A stretch of DNA of 61,718 bases, counting the filler, from Sphacelaria rigidula (taxonomy: Eukaryota): NCBI GenBank assembly GCA_964200075.2. It is 4 parts of 4 records of this genome, joined end to end, with 100 filler letters (N's around TTAATTAATTAA, not from the genome) between each part and the next. Parts side by side here need not be neighbours in the genome. Positions count along the whole stretch, not along the records: positions 46,372 to 61,718 come from CAXNAA020001787.1; 3 more parts are not named here. One strand, 5' to 3'. Below, piece after piece: positions 51,340 to 61,718 of the stretch. The notes under the pieces were generated by a model. It did no database searches and was not told the origin of the DNA. It saw only the letters and a program-made list of their open reading frames with translations. Each line of letters starts with the position of its first letter. Positions within the stretch are counted from its first letter, which is position 1. Both the position numbers and the translations under genes were made by a program.

Positions 51340-52254
51340 ATGGCGACCGACTCGCGTGCTGCGTGCAGCGTGACGCCCGTAGCTATGCGGGAAGAGTTGC
51401 GACCTCCCCACTATGGGGATAGGTACTCCGAGAGTGCAACTCGCACTTTCCACGTCAAGTACTCTGAGTATAGGGAGCGTATGGAGCACGCTAATGCAGG
51501 GGGTGCTGTGCGACAGCAGGTAGTGTCGATGCCTCAACGAGTGAAAAGGCATGTACAGAGAGTGTTAGCTCGTGTGGAACATGGTGAAAGCACAGTTACC
51601 CCGCCGCAATTGGTTGCGGTGATCATAGAGCATGTTGGGCATGCGGCGGGCGCCGAGGTGAAGCTGACCCAAGCGTCCGCGACCGTGGCGAAAGCGGTCG
51701 CCATGGAGTCCCGGGGAAAGGTGATGCTAGAGCGGGTGGAGCCAACCCTGTCCAATCTGGAGAAGTACTTCGAAAAACTCCAAACGTTCAACTAATATAT
51801 CGTTCTCCCGATTGTGAGTTTATTTCCGGCCCGGCTGCAGTAATCAATGAGGATTTGGTGGAGGGGTTGGCGCCGAAAAAATTAAGCAAGCCATGCTTGT
51901 CGAGTTGCAGCACGAGGCAAATTGGAAGGCCGACCCTTAGCTGGTAATGGACACCGTGTGGCCGAGGCCAAGGGATGGGGGAAGATAGAGGTGTTCGGCC
52001 AGTCGTCCCTCTCCACGTCGAAGTCTTTGCACCACCACGGCTCGAAATCGACCGGCCGCGCCGCGACCATCACTTGCCACCGCTGTGGCCAGGTCGGTCA
52101 TTACGTGCGCGATTGCCCAACGTCTTCCGGTGGGGAGTCTGGGCAGTCTCATGGCGCGCGCCATCAGCATCGTCAGCACAAGGGCAAACGACGAGGTGAT
52201 CGGGGAGGTGGCGACGGCGGATCCTCCGGCGGTGGAGGGTCGCAGTCGAGTTCT

Positions 52255-52287
<33 letters not shown>

Positions 52288-52461
52288 GGATCTGGTTCTG
52301 GGTCCGGCGCCGCCGTAGGTGCTGCTGTTCCGCAACGGGCGGTGCAGGTGGGATCGACTTCTACAGTGTCGAACACTGCGCTGGCGCCGGTGGTGGCCCC
52401 GGTGGCGACGCCGGCAGCAGCGTCAGGCGCGACGCCTGCTAACGCGCTGGTCGGAGTTTAG
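51340..52461 (+). pseudogene. gag: Gag of Gypsy element 1 (interrupted), CCHC knuckle
   Basis: ORFs 51340-51795 and 51922-52461; CHRCGQVGHYVRDC; Gly/Gln-rich tail. Confidence 0.85.
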
Positions 52462-52665
52462 CCACATTTTTGCTGGCTGGGGGTCGTACCCGCCGGCGAT
52501 GCTGCTTGAACCTGCCGGGATGTCTTCACCTGCGCAGCTTGCGCAGCCGTGGCGTTTAGTGGGATTGGCGACTCATCGGTCGGCGGATGAAGGGCCAGTG
52601 GAGTTGCGGACAAGTACGTTCCTGCGAAGCTGTGTCTTCCAAATTAACGGGAGTGTGGAGCTATT

Positions 52666-54150
52666 GTGGTTCGGTCTGTGGTGGATTCTGGCGCCCACTT
52701 CACGAGTCTGCCGGTGCAGATTGTCGAGATGTTGGAGCGCCTTCTCCCGGGTGTGCCGCTACGCATTCCGTTTTCGCTCGGAGCGCGGCAGACGGTCACC
52801 GGGTCGGGTCAGTATGTTTCCGTCACGGAGCGTACTGTTCTGCTGCAGGTGGCCTTCACGACTTCCTGGGGGCCGGCGCCGTTGCCTTCGATCTCGTTCG
52901 TGATCATGACGGGGTCGGACGGCGTCATTCTTCTAGGGTTGCCGACGCTTCAGGATCTTGGAGTCGACTCGTATGCGCGGTTGTGGGACTCCATGACGAC
53001 GCGGATGCCTCCGTCTGGTCCGCATGTGGAGACGCCCGCCTTTTTGGGCTGTCGTCGCGTGAGCTTGTCGGTGGATGTTTTTCAAAAAGCTGAGGGGCAG
53101 GTGACCGAGGAGCGGGATGAGGCGGTGGAACACTTGGTGGAGTGCGGGCCGGAGATTGTCATGGATCCGGCGGAAGAGGAGTTCTCTCGGAAGGTCGCGC
53201 TGGAGGAGAGCGTGACGGACGCTGTGGAGAAAGGCCTCAGCGTCTCAAAAGCGGAGCGCCCGCGCGGCACCTTGCATCGCTGCGTCAACGCGTTTCGTCG
53301 TGCGCTGCGGGATCATCCCCCTGCGCGCGTGGAGCCCACGCGTGTTCAACTAAAACCTGGGCCGTCCACGGTGAAGACGAAGCCGCGGCGGTACGATCCG
53401 GTGAAGTCGAGCTGGTTAGCGTCGTGCATGGCGGCTCTTCTGGCGCTCGGGTTTGTGTTCTGGAACTTGTGGGCGGTGTGATCCAGTCCGGCTATGGCGG
53501 TTCCGAAGAAGGACTCGTTCCGCCTGGTAAGCGACTCCAAGGCCGTGAATGAGCAGGTTGAGAAGTCGCCTGGTGTGATGCCCAACCAAGAGTCGGACAT
53601 GCTTGATCTATTGAGTGCTCGTTTTTTGATAAGTTAGACATCCTCCAAGGTTACTGGCAGATGCCGTTGGCGGAGGAGGTGCAGGAAATTTTCATCATCA
53701 GGACTCCGTTTGGCTTGTTTACCCCGAAGCGAGTGCCGCAAGGCGTGCTGAATGCCACGGCATATTTTCAAGGTATCATGGCAGAACGTTTCGGCGGCTA
53801 AAAATGCAAGATATTAGTGGATGATGTGTTTTTTTTTGCGGACACGGGTGACGAACTTTCGAACACGCTTGATGATATCTTGGCTCGTTCAGAGAGTGTT
53901 GGTTTGTTTGCGGCTGCGCACAAGTGTACCTTTTTCGCTGGTGGACTCGTGTGGTGTGGGAAAGTGTACTCACACGGACGCGTATCTCGTGACCCTGTCA
54001 GATTGAAAGGCTTTTCTGACATGCAGCGCCCGGGGAAGGCCGGAGAACTCATACAATTCCTTCAGGCCGTTAATTGTCTGCGTACCTTGTTGCCGCGTAT
54101 GGCACGAATCTTAGCTCCCTTGCGTTTTTTCCTTGCAGAATTCATGGCGT
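52666..54150 (+). pseudogene. pol: Pol of Gypsy element 1: aspartic protease and reverse transcriptase, with stops/frameshifts
   Basis: VVDSGAHFTSL; SPAMAVPKKDSFRLVSD; KLDILQGYWQMPL...TPFGLFTPKRVPQGVLNATAYFQ; ILVDDV; FLQAVNCLR. Confidence 0.92.
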
Positions 54151-54151
54151 C

Positions 54152-54395
54152 CTGGGTGAAAAAACAATTTTAGCGTCCGATCGGATCATCTAAGTTCCAG
54201 AAAATTCGTTCTTCACCTAGCACCCCGACATTTCGATTATCGAAATCCGAATTTGTATGGCGTGTAGTGGTTGTCAATAGCTACCAGCAAGTGAAGGCCA
54301 TGTTCCGAAGATTTGGTGTGGATACGAAGATTTTCATTCTCCGGTTTCTCATCCCCAATAATTAATCCATCCCCAATTTGTAAAATCCTGTGTTT
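54152..54395 (+). repeat. Second copy of the right arm of the 48.6-kb palindromic repeat, abutting truncated Gypsy element 1
   Basis: GATCGGATCATCTAA...TATGGCGTGTAG...GAAGATTTTCATTCTCCG...AATTTGTAAAA colinear with 48610-48825. Confidence 0.8.
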
Positions 54396-55194
54396 CTGGG
54401 CGAACTGCAGGTGAGGCAATCGCCGAAGTATTAACCTGCAAACTCTGCTCCAGTGCACTGTAAGTTGATATCGCTAGAGGAACACTACCATAACCACCTT
54501 GCCGGCTGCCAGACTATCAGGACGTAGGATTCGCTAGCATCGCTACTGTCTGTATGGAGATGTTGCCCCCTTGTCGGGCACGTGGGGAAGGGTTCGTGGC
54601 AGAACGCAGTGGTCGCGTCAAGCAGCTGCACGCTGGGCGTTCTCACTCAAGACTTCGATTTGGAGGATGATACCAGGAAGGCAGCAGCAATTGCTGTGTG
54701 TCCAGGTGCCTCTAAGAGAAAATTGCTTTTGGTTTCTGTTTGACAAAGTTTTCTCCCAAAAGACGAAATCAGTAGGGCTATTATAAAAAACGCAAAAATT
54801 GAGCCGCAAAAATCGCTCAGTCGAATTTTTACCTGGAGCAGAAGCCAAACTCACCAAGTGAAATTGGAATGTGTTTTGCACACCTCGGACAACAGACCAT
54901 CAATAGTTGCAAGAGTAAGAGATAAATAGGCCGATATACTGTGCAGTGGACTGTTCCCCTTTGCATCCAGAATTTATTTATCTACTACTGCTGTCGATGA
55001 TGTGGTACTGTGTATCTGAGAAGACACATACCCCGATGAAATATGACCTTTTTATCAGGAGTACCCGTACTTTAACTTTGGAGACATATAAAGAGGCCTC
55101 AAAGTTGAAATTCGATGCACTTGCGGGGAAAGGGGACAGTAACCGCCATGTAATGTGGTGTTTTCGTTGTTATCGCTGCCCTCTTTCTTTCCTT

Positions 55195-55337
55195 TCGGAG
55201 GCCGTTGCTTCTGTCTTTTTCTGTTCCTTTCTTTCTTTTTTCTTTTTTTTTGTTTATTATGTTCTATTTATGCTGCTCCTGACCACGGGCTGGATTGTTG
55301 CAATCAGCTTATTATGTGAGATAATCAATCAATCAAT
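55195..55337 (+). mobile_element. LINE/SINE 3' end of a second family (other copy ~6395-6520)
   Basis: TGCTGCTCCTGACCACGGGCTGGATT...GTGAGATAATCAA shared by both loci; (CAAT)n tail. Confidence 0.65.
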
Positions 55338-55454
55338 GTTTGCTACTCCCCGGGTATTGGAGTCATACGCTCGAACGTGAGGTGGACATCCACGGTACAA
55401 CGAACGTAGGTCCCACCACAATGCGGTCAGAATCAATCACTTGTCATAAGTTCG

Positions 55455-55572
55455 CCATAAAATGTGTGCTACGACGGTTGGGTTGTGGATTCGAGTCTCG
55501 GAGCGATCTGAGATTTTTTCTCATGCCCAGTGGTGGAGAGCGACCATGTCGTGGGTACACAAAAATTCGACT
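55455..55572 (+). mobile_element. 5' part of a SINE copy split by Gypsy element 2
   Basis: B-box-like GGATTCGAGTC and TCATGCCCAGTGGTGGAGAGCGACCATG align with 26205-26310. Confidence 0.75.
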
Positions 55573-55830
55573 TGTAGCCTCTGCCAGACGATCTGGACAA
55601 GAGGACTATCCACGAGGGACCCATCCAGTAGCACCGGCCTCGTGCTCGACAAATCCTTTCTTCTCACTTGTTACGATCACGGAGTGATCCTCTACAGACC
55701 ACATCAAGAGCTAAGCAGCAAGGAGCCACACAGAAAAGGGTCATCAGTCCAGGAACACCTGTCCCCTGCCACTGCTCCAACCATGCATGCGGTTGTACTG
55801 AAACCTCCTTCTTGGTACAATTTGGCTACA
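55573..55830 (-). repeat. 3' LTR of Gypsy element 2 (preceded on - strand by GGGGGTGC PPT-like tract; extra partial copy 55831-55909)
   Basis: Direct repeat of 60033-60290. Confidence 0.95.
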
Positions 55831-55988
55831 GCACCCCCAGTCCCCTGCCACTGCTCCAATCATGCATACGATTATACTGAAACCTACGGCTTGGTATCAT
55901 TTGGCTACAGCACCGCCGAAGCGAGTTCAAGACAAACGAACGAGCTTGACAACCAAAACAAATCCAAGGCGAAATCGCATGCGCCAGA

Positions 55989-58560
55989 TCACAAAGAAAT
56001 ACCATACTCCGACGCTAATTTACTGATCAGCGCCCGAGTCAACCGCATTTTACGCAGTCCCTTCAAAACAAATCCAGGCATAGAAGAATGAATCTTGCGA
56101 AGAGACTCCCACGTACGTTCTTCAGCACCGAACCCTCCCCAATCGACCAAAACAATGATATCATCATTGCCATCCTCAGCGACGTGCACCAAAGCATTCA
56201 TCCGGCATTTACCTTGAGCATACGAATGCTGAAATACATATTTTAGTTCCGCAGTGATGTGCAACTGCGAGTCAGCATAGAAACGTAAACGAGCGACACG
56301 GGCAGAGTGCACGGCGCTAGAAATAATGTTTTGCACCGAATACACGTGAGCGTGATCGGCTCTGACCACACGCCACGGACCTGTCCACGTGGACATCAAG
56401 TTTGGCGTCACACCTTGCCTCCGAACACGGGTATACAATACGAGATCGCCAACTGCAAACTTGGGCAACACAGCCTGGTCCTGAGCAAGCTTGCGTTTGG
56501 TCTCGCGAGACACCGCGACAGAAGCTTGCACTTCGTTACAAAACTGCACTTGCTCGTCAACCACGCCCCGAACCTTGTCACGCAACGAAGCAGCATCCAT
56601 GACAACGACGTTCCACTCGTTGCCAGTAACAGGAGCCAGCGCGGAAAACGCTGTACGCGGCGCACGCCCAAACATCACACAATATGGAGTGTTACGGTAG
56701 CGTTCACGGAAAGAAGTATTCAACGCCCACTGAGCGGCTGGCACAACATCAACCCATTCAGACACCGGCCGTCGCTGTTCTGACAAAATAGATCGCAACG
56801 CACGAATGACCTCTTTCACCATGCGTTCACAAGCACCATTCGACCAAGAGGTATACGCAATAGAAAATTGGTGTTGCACCTTCAGCGCATCGCTCAGCTG
56901 CGCGGTCACTCGATTCTTGAAGTGCGTGGCGCTATCACTAACCCAAACACGTGGTACCCCCAGAGATTTGCACCAATGGAGCAAGTGCTTAGCCGTTACC
57001 TCGGCGATACGAGCCTTGGTCGGCTCCAAGCAAACGAAATTGGACAACCATCCATGATAACTAAAGCGTACCGAAAACCATCCTTCTCAGGCAAATTATT
57101 AGCACCTTCAGGTCCGGTACTTCCGACGTACAGAAAATCACAGTGAACTTCACCTGGCGCAGTACCATGCACAGTATCGCCATACAGACGAGGTACAATC
57201 TCACCAGCACGAGTGTCTACACAATGCAAAGACTGGCGAACAAACTCGCGAACGTGGGAGTCCATGTGAAGACAAACACAGTATTCTTTCAAACGAAACA
57301 GAGTCGGCGACACACCACGGTGACCAGCCGACCGCATGTGAGCGCGCACCATCAAAGAGTTTGTAGAGCCTTATCATCCGACGGAATCCACAAAACATCA
57401 CTACTGACAACACGCACGCGAAACAAACCATCGTCAGCCAAAGCAGCTTGACCGAAAGTCGAAGAAAAAGAATGAACACCGTCGTCGCCGACGGTTTTGC
57501 GCTGCGCGGTACGAATGAGATCTAACCAGGGCGGCGAATCATCGGCATCACACGGACTGTACACGGCAACAGAACGAACAGGCACGGTAGGAACCTTCAC
57601 CAAGCGAGACAACAAATTTCCCCAACAGTTTTGCTCTCCAGGAATGTGTTCACTGACATACCTATATTGTTGTTGGGCTCGCAGCAACTCCCGCATATCT
57701 TCTTGGCTTGGCATCACCACCGGAGACTGTTGTACTTGCGCGCTCACCGCCTGATAGTCGCTGACCAAACGGACTGTGTCCCTCTTCGGCACCGCCATCG
57801 CCGGACTCGCCCACACAGCCTGAATACTTCTATCCAACAAACCAAATGCCACAAAAACTGCGATGCATGAAGCAAGCCACACGGCCTTCACCGGATCGCG
57901 GCGACGAGCCAAATTATCGCGCAGACAATGTGCGCCATCAGCGCTTAGGCCCTTCTGCTCGGCCTGCTGCTCGCTATCCTCAAGCGCACGTTCTTTGGCA
58001 CCTCTCTCCTCCACAGGGTCCATGAACATGTCCGACCCCCGATCGACCAAGCGCCCTACCGCTTCATCCGCAGGAGTCTCCTCCTCATTGGCGCTCTGGA
58101 ATGACCGTATGGATACGATCATACGCCTTGAAGCAAGGTAACTGGGGTTTTCCACGCCGGTTTGCACCGGCACAGCACGCGGGCGTAACTTATCCAACGC
58201 CAGTGGATACAGATAAACCCCGAGCTCCTTCATCGTCACCATCCCAAATAGGACCACATTGTCTCTACCGGGCATGACAGCGAAAGTAATGAGCTGCAAC
58301 TGCACAGCCCCCCACGGCGTACGCACGCTAACTGTAATCGGCACCGAATTGTGCGTGACCGTCACGGGAGCACCCGTGGCGGTCTGTGCCGTTTGCGGTC
58401 CGTTTTCGAACGGAATCTAAAGCTGAGCGTTGCCAAACTGCGAAGGTATCTGTTCTAGCAACCCCACACCGATCGACGTGAGCGCGGACCCAGAATCCAG
58501 AATAACGCGGGCCATGAACGAACCTACAGAACCAGCCAAGGCTGACTCTGCGCGTGAGCA
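55989..58560 (-). pseudogene. pol: Pol of Gypsy element 2: protease, RT N-terminus, RNase H end, integrase, chromodomain (frameshifts/stops)
   Basis: Protease VILDSGSALT; WASPAMAVPKRDTVRLVSDY; HIPGEQNCWGNLLSR; AHMRSAGHRG...SLHC; VHCDFL, WVSDSATHF, SNGACERMV; WTGPWRVV; LVDWGGFGAEERTWES. Confidence 0.92.
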
Positions 58561-58799
58561 TTCAGCCTTGCGATCAACAGGTACCACTCCTGCCGAAGAA
58601 CCCTGTTTTGTTCTAAGACTCACCTGACGCCAGGGCTGCCCTCCAGCACTTGGCATCGATGGCTGCGAATCATCGGTCCAACCAGACCAAGTCGTCGAAT
58701 ATGCAGGCGGCGCTATTACAGCCGTCGCAGCAGTAGGGAATGCACCAGACACGGATCCTGCCTGGCCGAGAGATTGCGAGCTCTTCGCTCCACCACTTC

Positions 58800-59839
58800 T
58801 CACCGAAGTATTTGCATTTCCACGTACACTGTCCGCCCCGCTACGGACGAACCATAAGATCCAGAGTCACCACCTGATGACGTAGTGGGAGAAACAGCAG
58901 CGGAGGAACCACCATCCGCCGCCGATTGCTTGCTACCGCGGCCGCCGCGCCCGCGTCCCTGATTGGCGGCCCCGTCCACCGTGACGACCGCCCCGATATC
59001 CTGATGAATCTCGCGCATTGCCCTGTGCAGCGCCTTGATCGCGAGGCTTGGGGCAGTCCTTGATCCTATGTCCGGTGTCGCCGCAGTTGTAACACGCGCG
59101 AGTGGACGACGCTCACGAAGACGGCTGCTGTTTCTGTTGCTGTTGCTGTTTGCGGCGCATACCACCTGCACTTGTTGCAGAATCGCGTCGGCTTTGTGCT
59201 TCAATGAACTTCCACTGGTCGGCCGCCTCAAATATGTTTTTGAACCGTCGGGGTTTTTTTCCAGCCGTCAACATACGTTAGTACACGTCTAACATACGCC
59301 TTGAACTCCGGGGGCGAAATCCCGTCCACCGAAGCTATGGAAACCGACTCGGCTGAGCTTGGCAACCAACTCCTGTCTTCCGCACGGTACATGGCTTGTA
59401 CCGTCAGATTTTCTGAGAAAAACCTTCCCATAGCTAAACTGACCATCATTGCACAGTCCTTGACAGATGTTCTACCGCTGTGTGGCATAATAAGAACTCT
59501 ACGCAGGTCTGCTACAGCCCGCGCAGTGTCATACTTTCCGTCGGTTGTAGTATACCCGGCATGCTGCTTCACAGCATCAAGCAATTCATCGGGGGTCATA
59601 GCCCGACGGTTCTTGTACATATTTTCAAAACACCGATGAATGTATGTAGGGATAAGTTGACCTATGCTCACCCTCCCATGCCTCACAACTCCTGTACTAT
59701 TGGATAAAATCAGCCTCTCTAAATAGTCGAGATAAGCGGCATAAAACCTTTTTGATGCCTCTTCCGTCCACACTTTGCCATACTTAAGCGGTTCTAGTGG
59801 CTCACCCAACACCAGCCGCGCTGCCGCCGCTTGAGCCAT
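58800..59839 (-). pseudogene. gag: Gag of Gypsy element 2 (frameshifted), CCHC zinc knuckle
   Basis: ORF 59228-59839 homologous to gag of element 1 (LEPLKYGKVWTEEASKRFY vs LRPPHYGDRYSESATRTFH); CYNCGDTGHRIKDC at ~59050-59095 in another frame. Confidence 0.85.
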
Positions 59840-60032
59840 GTCGTCTATGCTTCAAACACTTCACGGAGAGACTCTTGCCTGACTTGTGCGTCCTCCAGCT
59901 CACGGAGCGTCCCCCACTGCTGTGCGCTTTAAGCTGGTCTCATCCTGTCTGCGGGCTAAACTGGCTCTAAGCTGCAGCCCACTTTTCTAAGCCAAACTCC
60001 TCTAACAGAGTGCCGAAAGAATATCTAGATAT

Positions 60033-60290
60033 TGTAGCATCTGCCAGACGATCTGGACAGGAGGGCTATCCACGAGGGACTCATCCAGCAGCACTGGCCT
60101 CGTGCTCGACAAGTCATTTCTTCTCACTTGTTACTATCACAGAGTGATCCTCTACAGACCACATCAAGAGCTAAGCAGCAAGGGGCCACACAGATGAGGG
60201 TCATCAATCCAGGATCACCTGTCCCCTGCCACTGCTCCAATCATGCATGCAGTTATACTGAAACCTTCGGCTTGGTATAATTTGGCTACA
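60033..60290 (-). repeat. 5' LTR of Gypsy element 2
   Basis: Direct repeat of 55573-55830, TG...CA termini with 6-bp inverted ends. Confidence 0.95.
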
Positions 60291-60506
60291 GACTTCACGG
60301 TCGACGAGGGAAAGGGACTGCTGGACCCCTCTCGCGATAAAAAAGAAAGGTGAGCACCGCAGAAGGAAGGTGAGGTACTAAAACAAAGCAAAAAAGAAAA
60401 GACTCCTGTGTCGACCTTCCTCCTGTGCAACCCCGGCTGGTGCGCCCACATATACCGAAAGATGTAGAACGGCGTTCAGAATAGATGGGACGACAACACA
60501 CACACA
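60291..60506 (+). mobile_element. 3' part of the SINE copy split by Gypsy element 2
   Basis: Continues exactly after the TSD (GACTTCACGGTCGACGAGGG) to the CA tail. Confidence 0.85.
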
Positions 60507-61622
60507 CTCCCCAAGTATTGGAGTCATACGCTCCAGCGGGAGGTGGACATCCACGGTACAACGAACGGAGGTCCCACCACAATGCGGTCAGATTCAATCA
60601 CTCGTCACAAGTCCGATGCCCGTTCCCCCTCCCCCTCGAAGGAAGGAGGAAACCTGACCCAACACTTACCCCGCAAACGATATCGTGTTCCGATGACCCG
60701 GAGCCTCGGCTAGACCGCCTCGCGGCAGTCATGTGGGGGTAGGCACCTCGAGCGTTCGGAAAGGTTTGCTCAAGGTATTGTGGGAGTTGAACCCACTACT
60801 TGAAAACCCCTCGTTAACTTGGCGCAGCGAACGCGCCACTACTCTGACGAGCTTCGGCCCTAGGTCCGGTTTACGATGTACGATACTAATATCAAGTCAT
60901 TTTGCACTATTAATACAACAACTCTACGAGCTGAGTCACGGTGAACACCCAAAATTGTGTCATCAGCAAATGCCTTCCGCAAAACGCACCCAATAGTCGC
61001 ATATATGATATCATACTGACCGCAATCAACAGACGAAGAGGGTGACATAGCCGAATGTTTGTTTGAGGCCGTAGCAGTGGCGCTATGGTCGAAAATGTGC
61101 CTTCACCAATCAGGCTCTTCGAACTCTTCCGAGATCGAAATTACGAATTCCAAGCCCACTTGTCACCCAATCTCCACATGCTTCAAATCGTAGTAACCGC
61201 CATTGGCATGGGAATCTAACGAGAATAACATATTTAATTTTGAAACGATTACTACGGGGGTCGGATTATACCCGAAACCGTGATGTTTCGGTGATGTCAG
61301 GTGTTGGCGTCGTCTAATTTCCACGAATGATACCCACGAATGACCCAGGGAGCCTCGTGACGGTGTTCGCTATATCTGTCGTAGAAAAGATCAGATCGCC
61401 CTTAAGCTTGGCATTTCCGTAGGTATTGATGCTCCAAATGAAAAAAGTGTATTCTTGACAATATTTCATGGTTTCTCCGTTCTCTACCGGCTTCCGAGGG
61501 TCCCAGTATGAAGACCCCCGTAAGGCGGTAGAGAATGCCCTAAAAGAAAAATAATAAAATGACGCGTCCTGGGACAGTCCAAGGAACACATTAACCAAGT
61601 TTGGTGAAGAAAATCGGAATCC

Positions 61623-61718
61623 GACACTCTCTACGATAGCCCCCCCCCCCCCAAAAAACCAGCTAAAAGTGTCACGAAAAAAAAGGCCATCCAGCGCCAG
61701 ATGTTCAGGTTTACGCTG
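61623..61718 (-). mobile_element. MITE family A copy running off the window end
   Basis: GACACTCTCTACGATAGCCCC TIR followed by reverse-complement body. Confidence 0.8.

Larger units (their letters stand above)
50776..54150 (+). mobile_element. Ty3/Gypsy LTR retrotransposon, 3'-truncated and degenerate, related to element 2
   Basis: Putative 5' LTR 50776-51043 (TGTGACGC...GCGTCACA); gag, zinc knuckle, protease and RT follow; breaks off after the RT thumb where another repeat begins. Confidence 0.92.
55573..60290 (-). mobile_element. Ty3/Gypsy chromovirus-type LTR retrotransposon, degenerate, internally deleted
   Basis: 258-bp LTRs at 55573-55830 and 60033-60290 (TGTAGC...GCTACA, about 22 mismatches by my count); 4-bp TSD GACT; domain order gag-PR-RT(part)-RH(end)-IN-chromo. 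Confidence 0.95.

Overview
Eukaryotic, intron-rich and repeat-rich draft-assembly DNA. It is most likely a brown alga or other stramenopile; this is inferred from the intron style and repeat types, not proven. Three artificial N...TTAATTAATTAA...N contig joins (about 15.4, 30.9 and 46.3 kb) break continuity. Main gene: a 25-exon, phase-consistent + strand gene (31208-43529, more than 1700 aa, 5' end missing or beyond the gap). I read it as two F-BAR-like domains, a disordered linker, GRAM, VASt/StARkin, a TM helix and a coiled coil, i.e. a LAM/Aster/VAD1-type sterol transfer protein. Also present: a two-exon orphan gene (22729-27231) whose stop codon sits in the loop of a long hairpin, and a - strand fascin-like exon (7842-8037). 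The right end holds two related, degenerate Ty3/Gypsy elements (50776-~54150 +, truncated; 55573-60290 -, both LTRs, 4-bp TSD, chromodomain integrase). Both are inserted in copies of the same tRNA-derived SINE, and both have a perfect palindrome where a tRNA primer-binding site should be. The rest is MITE families, foldback elements, RTE-like LINE 3' ends and microsatellites. All calls come from reading the sequence by eye; no database searches were run.
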